Origin: an uncultured virus (IMG/VR IMGVR_UViG_3300027608_000026)
Lineage: Duplodnaviria > Heunggongvirae > Uroviricota > Caudoviricetes
Virus record (IMG/VR): IMGVR_UViG_3300027608_000026
Reading direction: 5' to 3' (one strand)
DNA: 64,000 nucleotides
The position numbers and the translations under genes are program-made. How positions within the stretch are numbered: position 1 is the first letter of the stretch; each line of letters starts with the position of its first letter. The notes below the pieces were generated by a model. The model was not told the DNA's origin and did not search any database. It worked only from the letters and a program-made list of their open reading frames with translations. Positions 25,188 through 36,912 of the stretch are shown piece after piece.

Positions 25188-25217
25188 GAAAAAAGATCTT
25201 CGGATCTTTTTTTTTTG
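25188..25217 (+). terminator. Intrinsic terminator
   Basis: AAAGATC-TTCG-GATCTTT with long T-run. Confidence 0.85.
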
Positions 25218-25334
25218 ACTGTAAGTAGTAACACTAAGTCAAAACAATGATTTTCACTATATGATTTAGACTATTTTTACTGTATCATAAGGATACATAC
25301 TACTGTAGTATGCTAACTTAAAAGGAGAATTATT

Positions 25335-25409
25335 ATGAAATGGACAACACCACAAGCAAGCGACATGCGTTTCGGTTTTGAAATCACAATGTATATTGCT
25401 AACCGTTAA
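25335..25409 (+). CDS. pqqA: PQQ precursor peptide
   Basis: MKWTTPQASDMRFGFEITMYIANR with ExxxY; SD AAGGAG. Confidence 0.93.
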   Translation: MKWTTPQASDMRFGFEITMYIANR

Positions 25410-25421
25410 TCATACACACAG

Positions 25422-25447
25422 AAAAAAAAGGCCTACGGGCCTTTTTT
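25422..25447 (+). terminator. Intrinsic terminator after pqqA
   Basis: AAAGGCC-TACG-GGCCTTTTTT. Confidence 0.85.
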
Positions 25448-25522
25448 ATTTGGCTATTATATCTGTTGACATTGACCGGTATTTCTCATATACTAGTGCT
25501 ATGAATAACAAATGGACTAATC

Positions 25523-25936
25523 GTGCTTGATTGCTTAATTTTAGGAGATAGTATTGCTGTAGGTACACACCAGTTTAAACCGGAATGTACTATAGTAGCC
25601 AAAGGTGGGATTAATTCTCAGCAATGGAATAACAATTATTCAAAAGATTTAAGGTTGAAGCCAGCAAAGACTGTTATTATTAGTTTGGGCTCAAATGACC
25701 ACAGTGGTGTGAATACATTCAAAGAACTGCTAACAATGCGTCAACGAGTTGATGCTAAACATGTTTTTTGGATCATGCCAGCAATTAAACCAAACGTACA
25801 AGATGTAGTTCAGATCATTGCTAAAAACTTTGGCGATACTGTATTGCCAATAACACGATTACAACCAGACAAGATCCATCCTAGTTGGGCTGGATACAAA
25901 CAATTAGCAGAGAGTACAAAAAATGAAACTAAATGA
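25523..25936 (+). CDS. SGNH/GDSL hydrolase-like protein
   Basis: GDSIA, LGSND, DKIHP..GY. Confidence 0.8.
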   Translation: MLDCLILGDSIAVGTHQFKPECTIVAKGGINSQQWNNNYSKDLRLKPAKTVIISLGSNDHSGVNTFKELLTMRQRVDAKHVFWIMPAIKPNVQDVVQIIAKNFGDTVLPITRLQPDKIHPSWAGYKQLAESTKNETK

Positions 25937-26576
25937 TGTTATTACAGCCGCAGGTGCAAGAGTGAGCGGCGGCGATCCATATATGTGGAAATGCTATGGC
26001 GACAATGCTAACTTTATTGAATTTCGAGATACTGATGGGCAGTCGTATGCTCATGCTATATACGATACAGAAAACTATACTGTATATGAAGTTCATGTAG
26101 AAGTTCCCGGACAGGAGCAGGCATTTCGTTGGCTGAATCCAGATTTTAAACAAGCATACTACACAGAAGCTGCCACCATGGGAGTTGATCCAAATGCGGC
26201 ATGGGATGATGTAGGTTATACACATGTAGACACAGAAGAACTAATGTTAGAATATCTTAAAGATATTGGAGAAACTTACTACGACAATCTACCGATTATC
26301 AAAAGTAAAAGTGAATCATTCACTATGCCTATGCCCGGCACACTAGGCGGTGCCACAATTACATTTAAAGAAAACGATATGAACACTTACATGGTAAACC
26401 TCGATGTCCGTCACCTCCTTGAAGTTAAAGCATCTTCAATGGATGAGGCAATTGAAAAAGCAACTCACTTCCAAGAAACTATGCCCAAGGGATGGGGCGA
26501 CCACGACAATTTTGATGTCTGTTGGGTTGATACTTACATTGTTAAAGAATCAGCTGAACGCGATATCAATATTTAA
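25923..26576 (+). CDS. Hypothetical protein
   Basis: ORF track, coupled start. Confidence 0.6.
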   Translation: MKLNDVITAAGARVSGGDPYMWKCYGDNANFIEFRDTDGQSYAHAIYDTENYTVYEVHVEVPGQEQAFRWLNPDFKQAYYTEAATMGVDPNAAWDDVGYTHVDTEELMLEYLKDIGETYYDNLPIIKSKSESFTMPMPGTLGGATITFKENDMNTYMVNLDVRHLLEVKASSMDEAIEKATHFQETMPKGWGDHDNFDVCWVDTYIVKESAERDINI

Positions 26577-26626
26577 TTATCCTGGTACTTAATAAAGATA
26601 ACTATAAAAAACCAACAAGGATCATA

Positions 26627-27439
26627 ATGAACAAAGGTAAACTTAACATCCCAACTAAGCAAACTATTCCGGACCGCAGGCCCGTACCGCAAGGCGCCCC
26701 AATGGGAGCCCCACAGACACCCCTGTCAAACTTTAACCCGTTCCCTAAGGGTCAACCTCCTGCACCAACCCCTAACAATCAAAATAATCCGTTTGTTCCT
26801 AATCCAGGTAAACAACCCAGTATTATGATTGCTGTTCCAGCAATGGAAATGGTTAATGCAGAATTTGCACAACACCTAGCCATGGCGGCAGCTAATATGG
26901 TTGCCAATGGTATTAAAATCAACTGTGCATTTAACATTGGATCAGTAATCACTATTGCTCGAAGAAATCTTGCAGATATCTTTATGAAGAGTGATTTTGA
27001 TTACATCTGGTGGGTAGACAGTGATATGAAATTCCCGATCGATGCTCCTATTCGATTGTTAAATCGTAAGGTGCCAATTGTAGGTGTCAACTATCGCCGA
27101 CGACGATTCCCCAATCCTAACTTTACAGGTATGATGGGTGCGGCAGGACAATATACCGAATTCCACACAACAGATCAAAGCCCTTCGATGGAATTGATTG
27201 ATGTGTTACCACATGGATGTGTACTTGTACATCGTTCAGTGTATGAAAAAATTCAGGGACCATTCTACTTACAAGAATATATTCCTGAATTGAATCTAGA
27301 GATTGGAGAAGATATATTCTTCTGTCAACAGGTTCAAAAGGCTGGCTACCAGATTTGGTGTGACCAGGATTTAAGCCGTGAAACTGCTCACATTGGTATT
27401 TTCCACTTTAATTACAATTTGAGCGTTCCACAACAATAA
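26627..27439 (+). CDS. GT-A fold glycosyltransferase-like protein with Pro-rich N-terminus
   Basis: ARRNL, WVDSDM, GEDIFFC, HIG. Confidence 0.7.
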   Translation: MNKGKLNIPTKQTIPDRRPVPQGAPMGAPQTPLSNFNPFPKGQPPAPTPNNQNNPFVPNPGKQPSIMIAVPAMEMVNAEFAQHLAMAAANMVANGIKINCAFNIGSVITIARRNLADIFMKSDFDYIWWVDSDMKFPIDAPIRLLNRKVPIVGVNYRRRRFPNPNFTGMMGAAGQYTEFHTTDQSPSMELIDVLPHGCVLVHRSVYEKIQGPFYLQEYIPELNLEIGEDIFFCQQVQKAGYQIWCDQDLSRETAHIGIFHFNYNLSVPQQ

Positions 27440-27448
27440 GGGACTAGT

Positions 27449-27616
27449 ATGTTTGAATCGATAGAAATCCGTAAGGTACAAAATGGTGTTATCGTCACTT
27501 TACGAAGTGATGATAATGACGATCAGGAATATGTATATGATACTGACCGTAAGGCCGTTAAGTTTGTAAAAGATTTGCTGGATTCTAAATCGAAAGAAAA
27601 AGTACCTGCCGAATAA
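27449..27616 (+). CDS. Hypothetical protein (55 aa)
   Basis: MFESIEIRKVQNGVIV..; SD GGGA. Confidence 0.6.
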   Translation: MFESIEIRKVQNGVIVTLRSDDNDDQEYVYDTDRKAVKFVKDLLDSKSKEKVPAE

Positions 27617-27709
27617 GATGATGGCAATGAAACAGTTTGCCATTATCTTTTTTGTTAAAAATTACAATAGATTATTGTTAAGCACAGTTAGTTAACGGAA
27701 CTAAATAAA

Positions 27710-28075
27710 ATGGAATCAGTATTTTTACTTTTAATCCTCCTACAAATAAAACATTGGTATATTGACTTTGTTAATCAATCAATAAAGGAAGTGCATAGTA
27801 AAGCAATATATGGTAATTATCACGGTATTAACCATAGCGCAAAACAAGGTATTGGCACAATGTTTGCCATTGTATGTGTAACTGGATTCCCCTACATTGC
27901 CTTTGCGGCAATACTAGGATTATTAGATTCTTTAATTCATTACCATATTGATTGGGCCAAAATGAACTACGGAAACCGCGATATTCAAAATCCTGTATTC
28001 TGGAATCATCTAGGACTGGATCAAATGGCCCACCAAATAACTTACATAGGTATTGCATACCTAACAATAACATGA
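27710..28075 (+). CDS. DUF3307-like membrane protein
   Basis: KHWYIDF..Q, HS, HYHID, GLDQMAH. Confidence 0.75.
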   Translation: MESVFLLLILLQIKHWYIDFVNQSIKEVHSKAIYGNYHGINHSAKQGIGTMFAIVCVTGFPYIAFAAILGLLDSLIHYHIDWAKMNYGNRDIQNPVFWNHLGLDQMAHQITYIGIAYLTIT

Positions 28076-31000
28076 AAACAGAATATAATATTAAGGATCA
28101 AGTTTGGATCCATATGGGCGAACAAAGCCTAGTACAAGGTAGAGTTGTAGAAATTATTACACTTGACCACTTAAACGAAAATCATAAAGAAGGTCACGAG
28201 TTGTATGTGCTTGAAATTAAAACAGGCATCGACGATATATATGAAGTACGTGAGTTTGATCAAATTAGCCCAGATGCTAAAGGACCAATCATGTGCTATC
28301 GTAATATGGATATGAAACTAGCAGGCCGTTATCTAAAGAAAGTTGGAATTAAAATTCCTGTAAATGCTCATGTAAGTAGCACAGATAATCCAATTGATTT
28401 TCCAACAGAAGACGAACCTACTTCGGAACAAATTCATGCCGCAATAGAGCGAGCAGAACATGCAAAAAATCAACCTTTCAATGTACGACCTGCCGGTAAA
28501 CGACCTGCAAAGAAAAGAACGTTTACCAAACGAAAGAAAGCAGATGTCGGTAACACTTGAACAGGCTCTTGATAAGTTAGATCATGTAATAAAGGGTTGG
28601 GTAAATATGATTGAAGATCCAACTATTAGACCTGTTTTAAATAAAAAACATAAAGCATGGACATTGTATCTAGAAGAAGTGTGGCCTCCCGAAATAATTA
28701 ATAAAAGTTCTAGTAGTCACGCATTAGACACTAGGGTTGATTGGGTAGTAAATGAGTTGTCCAAATGGAACGGAGTTCGACGAACAGCATGGGATACCTG
28801 GGCATTCGACGACAAAAAAGATGGTGAGAAGTTTTTAACGTTGTATCACTTGATATGGACAAAGTGAGATGTCGTGAATATGACAAAGACGGCTATCGTT
28901 GTGTAGAAGAAATACACAAAGTAGTTGTACATAAATTCAGTATGGGTGATGTTGAAGATCCGGACTTATATGCCGCACAACCACTCTGGGAATGGCAAGA
29001 AAGCGAAGCAGGCAAGTTTGTTATGGAACATGCTATTGAAACTCCAATTTGGCACAGGCGGGCCGATCCATACAATTATGGACATCAATATGTAATTGTT
29101 GCAGAATTGGAAAAGAAAAAGTTGTCAGAATTTTATTTAAGATTTGACAAAGTTAAGATTTGACTGTATAATTACTATATTAAGAAAGAAACATCATGCG
29201 AGCACACTACTGGACTTGTTCAAAATTCGCCGATTGGCTTCGAGGCACCGCCAAACTTAAGGCAGGTACTTCTGAAGAATGGGACGACTGGACTAATACT
29301 GCAAAAATGAAACATAACTTTCGTTATTGGTTGGCGGAAGACGGCCTGGACTATATTCAAAAGTTTGTTTACTACATACCGGACCGGCTAAATGACATAC
29401 GCTATTATATTAACAATCGCTGGGTTTCTCACAGCCATGCTCTTACAGCCCATGCTCGCGACATACAACCGGGTTCTTGGTGCGATGTTGGCAATCGTTT
29501 TCTTCCTTGTATGTTCAATGAGCTTGTGGACTTTGTGGAAATAGAACAAGCATGGCATCACTGCATATGGAGTGATGAGGCTAAGACTGAATTTGAAGTG
29601 CCTTGGTACCGTAAGGGTTGGTTACGACTACGTACATGGCGCAGTCCAGAAGCCGGTATGGCTTACTTAACTTGGGCAAGTGGACTTACTGTTGACGAAA
29701 ACATGGGTGCTGAACCAGGAAGCAAAGGATTCGGTGAACCTACATATCAGGCCAAATCTGCTAAGGAAATTATCGAGCTTTACACTTGGTGGACCGTTAC
29801 CTATCGCAATCGTCCAGATCCGTATGAAGCAAGTGGTTGGTCAGCTCACTGCGATGCTATGCGTGTTAAGTACCCAGGTAGCTTTTTCTCAAGCCTAAAT
29901 AGCAAAGACGCAGAAGATAAGAAATCTAGCGATAAAGCTCATAAACTTCTTACCAAGATTGAAAAGGCTTATGAAGCAGAAGATGAAGCTATGATGATTC
30001 GCCTTATTAAAATTCGTGAAAGCCTATGGACTTAACTAGTACACTTTGCTGTCAAGCACCAAAAAACTATTCGGAAGAGCATGACTGTTACTATTGTCAG
30101 CCTTGTAACATCTGGGTAGAAGACAAGTGCGATGATCCAACTTGTGAATATTGCATCAATAGACCTAACACTCCAAATAAAAATGACTGAACAAAAACGT
30201 ACAATTACATTTGCGCCCGGATGCTTTGATAGCTTCGAGGGTACACAAGAAGAACTTAACGAACTTCAAGCAGAAATCACGCGGTTAGTTGAATCTGGCG
30301 AATTTGAAGGAAAATCTCGCCCGGTTGACATTGATGAATTGCTTGAGGAAGATCCTGAGTACGCAGAAAAAGTACTTAAAAGTTTGTCTGACGATAATCA
30401 AAGAACATTACAATGAAAGCACAAACTCCTGCTGAAGGTATTCTATTACATAAAGATTTCGGCGATGCTAAGTCTTATACAGTACCTTGTGACTGTGGTG
30501 ACACCAATCATACCCATAACGTCTGGATTGAATCAGACGAGTGCGGAGTCACTGTTACCACATATACCACACAAAAAACAAAATGGTGGGAACTTAACCG
30601 ATGGCAAGTTATTTGGACATTACTTACCAAAGGCTATGTTGAATATGAAGCTTCGCTCATAATGTCTAAACAGCAGGCTTTTAATTATGCAGAAACCTTA
30701 AAGAAAGCATCTAATGATGTTGAAATCTTCCGTACACAAAGAAAGTCCGTTTCAACAGTGGCTTAGAGCAAAATGGTTTGAGCATCTAGAAGAATTAGAT
30801 GCTTGGAACATGCCTAGGCCGCAATATGGTCCCGATAAATATTTTCAAACGTATAAATGGTGGTTAAAACGTGAGTACCGATTCCAAAATAAACAGCAGT
30901 CCTGAACGCAATACCTTTCAATTGGAATGTGCAAGAGAACGGGCTAAAGAAGATGGCAAGGAAGTTCCGGAGTATTATGAAAACTTTTGGAAGTCGGCCA

Positions 31001-31678
31001 AACAGCAAGATGAAGAAAATCTTGTAGATCCAAAATGGCAAAAAGATAATATGGAGTATGATCTCCGTAGTACCAAATGGATTTGTGACAAGGTCAAGGC
31101 AAATGACAATTATGCTCAAAACTTGTACGCGGCCATGTGCAATATGCAGTTTATCAAATTGGATATTATACCTATACTAAAGGACCAACGCTGGAGTGCC
31201 AGTTGGCGTCATAGTGGAGGAATAGTTGCCGACATGCGTGAACAGGGTGACTATATTGATTGGTACTGTAGTGGTATTGGCAATAAAGAAGCTGGATTTG
31301 GACTAGATGGTTTTACCCCCACACCCGATCCGGACGGACGTGACTATGTGCCAGAAAGTGTAGTTACCGAAGAAATTCGAGAAGATTTAAAAAAACTAGG
31401 CTGGGTTGCAGTCGAATGGGATGATGAGGATTAATATGGATATGGATCGAGCGGCAGTATTTTTAGCAGGAAGTATTTTAACAATGATGGGGTTTATAGT
31501 TATAGTTATTGGGCTTGTTGTTGCTAACAATATCATTAACAAATATTGGAAACCTGTACGTATTTTTACATTGGACAGCTGGAATATGAATCCGACCGGA
31601 CGATTTATACAAGAACACGATCCCCAAATGACTAGAGAAGAACCAAAAGTAGAAGAAATTGGTAAAACCAAGTCTTGA
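28072..31678 (+). other. Run of coupled hypothetical phage ORFs (28072-28560, 28547-28867, 28855-29163, 29196-30035, 30183-30416, 30413-30766, 30871-31434, 31436-31678)
   Basis: Dense, overlapping start/stop ORFs; no motif recognised. Confidence 0.6.
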
Positions 31679-31725
31679 CACAGAGCCAAAATGGTGCTAT
31701 ACTATAAGTATAGTTTAAACAAAAA

Positions 31726-31799
31726 GCGGGATTAGTTTAATGGTAAAACGAGATCCTTCCAAGTTCAAGTCAGCGGTTCGATTCCGCTATCCCGCTCCA
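31726..31799 (+). tRNA. tRNA-Gly(TCC)
   Basis: loop CTTCCAA; promoter TTGACA..TATACT upstream. Confidence 0.9.
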
Positions 31800-31815
31800 C
31801 ACTAAAGGCACCAAA

Positions 31816-32997
31816 ATGGTTACTAAACTCAAAACAGCATCAATTGCACTTCGTCAAAACGCAAAACGCGACCACAGTCCAAAGTGGGACGATATTGAAG
31901 GGCTCACAGCAGAGCAATTTACACGGAGGTTCCGCCAGGCAATGGATTGGTACCGTTTGGAAAGTTCCGGCAAAGAACTAAAGCCAAAGGTTATTGACTG
32001 GATGGGTCGTAACGGATACGACAAGGTCACAATCCAAAGTTTCAAGAAAACAAAAGACAATCGTTGTAGTCCTACTGTAGGTGCTATTGCCGCCTGCTTG
32101 ATTAAAGGCATGCCTGAAAAACGTTCTGGGTTTAATCAAGATCGTAATGTTGCAGAATGGTTACGAAATGAAATTACCAATATCATTGTTGAAGGCAAGA
32201 ACGATAAAGACGACAGCGAAGCTGTTGTAGATACAAAGCCTGTAATTGCACCGCCGAGTATTCAAGACCGGTTGCGTGAAACCGCAGGAGACATGGGCGA
32301 AGAACTTGACTACGCTATTGACAGTTGGATCACTGATCCAGAAGCATTTGATCCAAAAGCATTCAAAGTTGTAAACTTACTTAAAGGTAAGGGTGCCAAG
32401 GCCGCTCATGCTCGAATAATCAAACAATACTTCCAACGTGGATTGGATGAGCTTCATGAACTTGCCAGCGGTAATGCAGATGAACAGTTGAGAGAAGCAT
32501 ACAAACATGTTAGTCGCAAGAATGTTAAAAAACTAATAGACTTCTACGAAAGTATTGGTGCCGCGTGTGAGCAGATTGCCGCAGAGCAAAAAGTTCTTAA
32601 GAAGCCACGTGCTACAAAAGTTAAGCCGGCAGAAGAATTGGTTAAGAAAATGAAGTTTATGCTAAGTGATCCTAAACTTGGTATTACTTCAGTGCCACTG
32701 GCAGGTCTAATTGGCGCTCAACTAGCAATTGTTTACAATACTAAGACTCGTAAAATTGGTGTCTATGTTCCTAAAACAAGTGCAGGCCTGGGTGTCAAAG
32801 GTACTAGCATTACGGAGTTTACTGACAAGAGCTTTCAAAAGACTTTGCGTAAGCCAGTAGAACAACTTAAAGAGTTTAAAGAACAAAATACACAGAAGCG
32901 TGTTGAGGCTTGGTTTGTTAAAAATGTTAAGACTACAGAAACATTACTTAACGGACGTATGAGTGAAGATATTGTATTGTTGAAAGTGTACAAATGA
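31816..32997 (+). CDS. Hypothetical phage protein (393 aa)
   Basis: ORF track; C-terminal YNTKTRK..VKGTSI..KTLRKP..NGR. Confidence 0.7.
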   Translation: MVTKLKTASIALRQNAKRDHSPKWDDIEGLTAEQFTRRFRQAMDWYRLESSGKELKPKVIDWMGRNGYDKVTIQSFKKTKDNRCSPTVGAIAACLIKGMPEKRSGFNQDRNVAEWLRNEITNIIVEGKNDKDDSEAVVDTKPVIAPPSIQDRLRETAGDMGEELDYAIDSWITDPEAFDPKAFKVVNLLKGKGAKAAHARIIKQYFQRGLDELHELASGNADEQLREAYKHVSRKNVKKLIDFYESIGAACEQIAAEQKVLKKPRATKVKPAEELVKKMKFMLSDPKLGITSVPLAGLIGAQLAIVYNTKTRKIGVYVPKTSAGLGVKGTSITEFTDKSFQKTLRKPVEQLKEFKEQNTQKRVEAWFVKNVKTTETLLNGRMSEDIVLLKVYK

Positions 32998-33464
32998 CAA
33001 AAAAGATTTATTACGAAAAGGTTGGACGTAGTTATAAACCCGTGTCTGAATATGACAGCAAGTACTTGGACAGTTTTCCAAAAGGTGATCATTTAGTAAG
33101 CGTGTATCCGGGAGGTAGCAGTCGTAGGTTCAAGATTACTCCGGCGTATGCTCCTATGATTGCCGCGGCTCGAATTGCCGAAGATGCTATCAGCAAAAGC
33201 ATTATGGATGCCAGTGCTTTGCGTGTTCCCAAACGTGATGAGCCATTGACTCCTGCTCAGTTGAAAGCATGGAAGGCTTTGGCCAAAGCATTTGGCAAGG
33301 ATCAGTATGCCCTTGAATGGTGTAGCTATAGAGAAGCCGCGGAAGCAGGTGCCAAAGCCATGCAAGTGGAAGCAGACAAGCTCTTGGCTCACGAATCTGT
33401 ACGCAAAGCGTATGATCATTTTTTATTGTTGTGTGAACTTACAAAGGAGAACTCCTATGATTAG
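32994..33464 (+). CDS. Hypothetical protein
   Basis: Coupled ORF. Confidence 0.6.
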   Translation: MTKKIYYEKVGRSYKPVSEYDSKYLDSFPKGDHLVSVYPGGSSRRFKITPAYAPMIAAARIAEDAISKSIMDASALRVPKRDEPLTPAQLKAWKALAKAFGKDQYALEWCSYREAAEAGAKAMQVEADKLLAHESVRKAYDHFLLLCELTKENSYD

Positions 33465-33641
33465 ACTTTGGTTAGCTTTTGCTATACTTGCAATTCTTAT
33501 TCACTTTGGCATTACTGCCTGGAGAAATCTCAACGGTAGGGAACGTTGGACGTTGACAAAATCTATCGCATATAGTATAATTGTTTCATTATTAGCTATT
33601 CTAGTAATGACCGTGATCGTAATTTTATTTTAAGGAAAACC

Positions 33642-34442
33642 ATGAAACGTATTTTGACTTTATCCGTTCTTGCCGCGGCTGTGCTGGCAACAGGGTGTAC
33701 TCGTATTGAAACTGGAGAAGTTGGTCTCCGTGTGGGCTTTGACAAACAGGTTAGCACCGGTGAACTGCTACCTGGCTCGTTTAATCAGACTATCATTGGG
33801 AACGTTATTACATTCCCAATCAAAGAGATTAGTGTCAAAGTTGAAGACATGACTCCATTGGCCAAAGACAACAGCACAATGAAAGACTTTGACACATTGG
33901 TTACCTACAACATCAATCAAGCACAGGTGGCTGAGATTTACAATGCCAAGAACCGTAGCTTTCACGCTGTTCACGATGGCGATGTCTATTTGATGTACAA
34001 TTACATCTTCAATGCCGCACGTAACGCTATCTATAAGGCCGCACGTAAGTATGAAGCATTGGAAATGGGCGATGCTCGTCAGGCGATGGAAACTGAAATC
34101 AAAGAACAGATTGTACGCACCTTGGCTGAAGAAAAGTTGGACGGTACTATCGTTATTGGTCAAGTATTGATTCGTAACATTATTCCAGCAGACTCTGTTG
34201 TAGCCAGTGCTAACGAATTAGTCAAAGCCAAGAACGAATATAAGACTGAAGAAGTCAAAGTAGCCACCGCTAAAAAGCGTAACGAAAGTATGCAAGCCAA
34301 CCCAATGGCAATTCCTTTGCTCAAAGCCGAAGCCGAAGCCGAAGCCATGCGTCAACTGCCAGTTGCAATTGCCAACTTCAAAGGTCAGACCTTGGTCATC
34401 AATGGTGTTGTAACTCCAACAGTACAAACCAACGGAAAATAA
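33642..34442 (+). CDS. SPFH/band-7 family lipoprotein
   Basis: Lipobox LATGC, RIETGEVG. Confidence 0.8.
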   Translation: MKRILTLSVLAAAVLATGCTRIETGEVGLRVGFDKQVSTGELLPGSFNQTIIGNVITFPIKEISVKVEDMTPLAKDNSTMKDFDTLVTYNINQAQVAEIYNAKNRSFHAVHDGDVYLMYNYIFNAARNAIYKAARKYEALEMGDARQAMETEIKEQIVRTLAEEKLDGTIVIGQVLIRNIIPADSVVASANELVKAKNEYKTEEVKVATAKKRNESMQANPMAIPLLKAEAEAEAMRQLPVAIANFKGQTLVINGVVTPTVQTNGK

Positions 34443-34563
34443 GATGGGCTTACTAGAAGTCGTAGTCTACGGTTTCTTTACTGCCTTTGGGTGGTGGGGT
34501 GCCAATCATTATGTGATTGAACCCTACTTTCCTCCACCTATTGAACGTAAGGAAGAAAAGAAA

Positions 34564-35931
34564 AATGAAAAATGAATTTATTCAAGATGAGTATGGTAAT
34601 AAACCAGTAGAACCCATGGTGGTTAATCTTACTCGAGCTCATATTAAACAGATGGCAGAAATGGCAGAACACTTTAGCGAGATAGGTGATTTTGAATTAC
34701 ATATCGAAGGAGATCAAAAAACTCTTAGATTTGTTCTGGCATTAGATAACGAGTCCAAAGGAAAAATAAAATGACATTGCCTGATGAACGATATCGTGCA
34801 GTAGTGCAAACTATACGATTCCTAACAGACTTGCAGTCCTCGACGGTATATCCTAGGGTGCCTAAACAAGTTAGGAAAGATGCTCTTAGTTTGTTGAGAC
34901 ATTATCCCAGTGCTTGGGATATGAAAGCGGCTAGTGAACTAGCACCGCATGTATTCCAAGAACGGATGGAGCCGTTGTATAGAATGGTTAAACAATACGA
35001 TATGGAAAAGAAAGAACAAAATGAAAATCGGTCTTAGTTACAGTCGGTGTATTAAAGACATTGTTGACGGCAAGGTTGATATCGATGATGTCCTAATACT
35101 AATTACTCGTACAGATTTTGATCCGCACAACGATGACCAGTGGACTGGTATTTGGGAAGGTTACGGTGGTGGGCAGACATTTGGAAGCCCGTTTAGTAAT
35201 CCGGAATGGATTGATCATCCTGTTGAAGATGAGAGTAAGTTCCGCGAAGTCAGTATTAAACTATATGATTCTGGAAAGATGCATCAGCCTCGCCAGTTTG
35301 GAGCTCGTCCGCAACGCCGTCCTGAGATTTGGCTAGAAACAGTTCTGCCAAGTAGTGAGCTGATTACAAATCCAGCCGCTAAGAAAGCGTGGGACACTTT
35401 CCAAATAGTTGCAGGTCTTACAAATACAAGACTTGATAAGGAATATAAATGAAACAAGAACTAGATTCTTTGTTGTGCGAGAAGTATCCAAAGATGATGG
35501 TTAACCGCAACAAGGACATGATGGAAACTTGTATGTGTTGGGGTTTTGAATGTGGCGATGGCTGGTTCAATATCTTAGATCAGCTTATGGGAAATATCCA
35601 ACATCACATTGACTGGAAGGAAAAACAGCGTGGCTGGGCAATTACTTTTAATAGTACAGCTTCGCTAGAAGACATGCGGCCAGTTCCGGATGCTATTCCG
35701 CAGGTAACGCTAGACCAAGTTAAAGAAAAATTCGGTACACTACGTTTCTACTATACAGGTGGAGATGACTATATCAGCGGACTAGTTGCAATGGCCGAAG
35801 CTATGAGTGGTGTTACTTGTGAATCATGTGGTAACCCCGGTAAGAGTACAGGTGGTGGGTGGATCAAAACTATCTGCGAGCCATGTGAGGAAGCACGGCT
35901 ACATGGAAAATTAATAAATGAAATTCTTTGA
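34564..35931 (+). other. Four coupled hypothetical ORFs (34564-34774, 34771-35037, 35021-35452, 35449-35931)
   Basis: Last ORF has GDGW..QVKEKFGTLRFY..CESC..CEPC. Confidence 0.6.
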
Positions 35932-36325
35932 GCCATTACGTGATGACCTAATGGTACAGCAACAGATAGCCAATAGTTGGGAACATATGGTGGGTGTTAT
36001 CATGTTGAACCAAACTGGTCGCAAACCTGTGAAACTGACCTTACCGGAATTCCTCTACTGGTTTCCCACACCACACGCATTGATTGCGGCAGATGAAGAA
36101 TTTGTTAAAAGCATTATCAAACCCCTGGGTATGAACAATATTAGATATAAGCGATTGGTAGGTATGAGTTGCGACTACCTAACATGGGATGGAAATAATG
36201 CTACCGATCTATACGGAATTGGTAAGTATGGTAGTGATAGTTATGAGATTTTCTTTAAGCAGAACTATTCAGTAACTCCAACAGATAAAGAATTAATAAG
36301 ATATTTAAAAAAGGAAATAGTATGA
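35918..36325 (+). CDS. HhH-GPD DNA glycosylase, MBD4-like
   Basis: [26 protein letters not shown]. Confidence 0.8.
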   Translation: MKFFEPLRDDLMVQQQIANSWEHMVGVIMLNQTGRKPVKLTLPEFLYWFPTPHALIAADEEFVKSIIKPLGMNNIRYKRLVGMSCDYLTWDGNNATDLYGIGKYGSDSYEIFFKQNYSVTPTDKELIRYLKKEIV

Positions 36326-36912
36326 ATTTAATCCCAATGGTCATTGAAAAGACCAGTACAGGCGAACGTGCCTTTGATATTTACAGTCGGTTACTTAATG
36401 AGCGTATTATCTTCTTAAATGGCCCAGTAGGCGATGAGAGTGCGGCTACTATTGTTGCACAATTTTTGCATTTAGAGAGTGCCGATTGCGACAAAGATAT
36501 TCACTTTTATATCAATAGCCCGGGTGGTGTAGTAACATCTGGCATGGCAATCTACGATGTAATGCAGTTTGTTAAACCCAATGTATGTACCTATGTTATG
36601 GGACAAGCCTGTAGCATGGGAAGTTTACTTGCCACTTCTGGTGCTCCTGGTAAACGCTATATGCTACCAAACGCTCGTCATATGATTCACCAACCTAGTG
36701 GCGGTGCCGGTGGACAGGCTACTGACATGGAAATTCAAGTTGCTGAAATTGTAAAGATGAAAAAGACCCTCACTCAGATCTATGTGGATCATAACAGCAA
36801 GGGCAAGACATATGATCAGTTAATTATGGACATGGAAAGGGATAAATTCATGAGCGCCTCGGAGGCCCTTGAATATGGACTTATTGATCAAATTGTTAAA
36901 AAACGCAATTAA
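36322..36912 (+). CDS. clpP: Clp protease proteolytic subunit
   Basis: DIYSRLL.ERIIFL, YINSPGG, ACSMG, MIHQP. Confidence 0.96.
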   Translation: MNLIPMVIEKTSTGERAFDIYSRLLNERIIFLNGPVGDESAATIVAQFLHLESADCDKDIHFYINSPGGVVTSGMAIYDVMQFVKPNVCTYVMGQACSMGSLLATSGAPGKRYMLPNARHMIHQPSGGAGGQATDMEIQVAEIVKMKKTLTQIYVDHNSKGKTYDQLIMDMERDKFMSASEALEYGLIDQIVKKRN

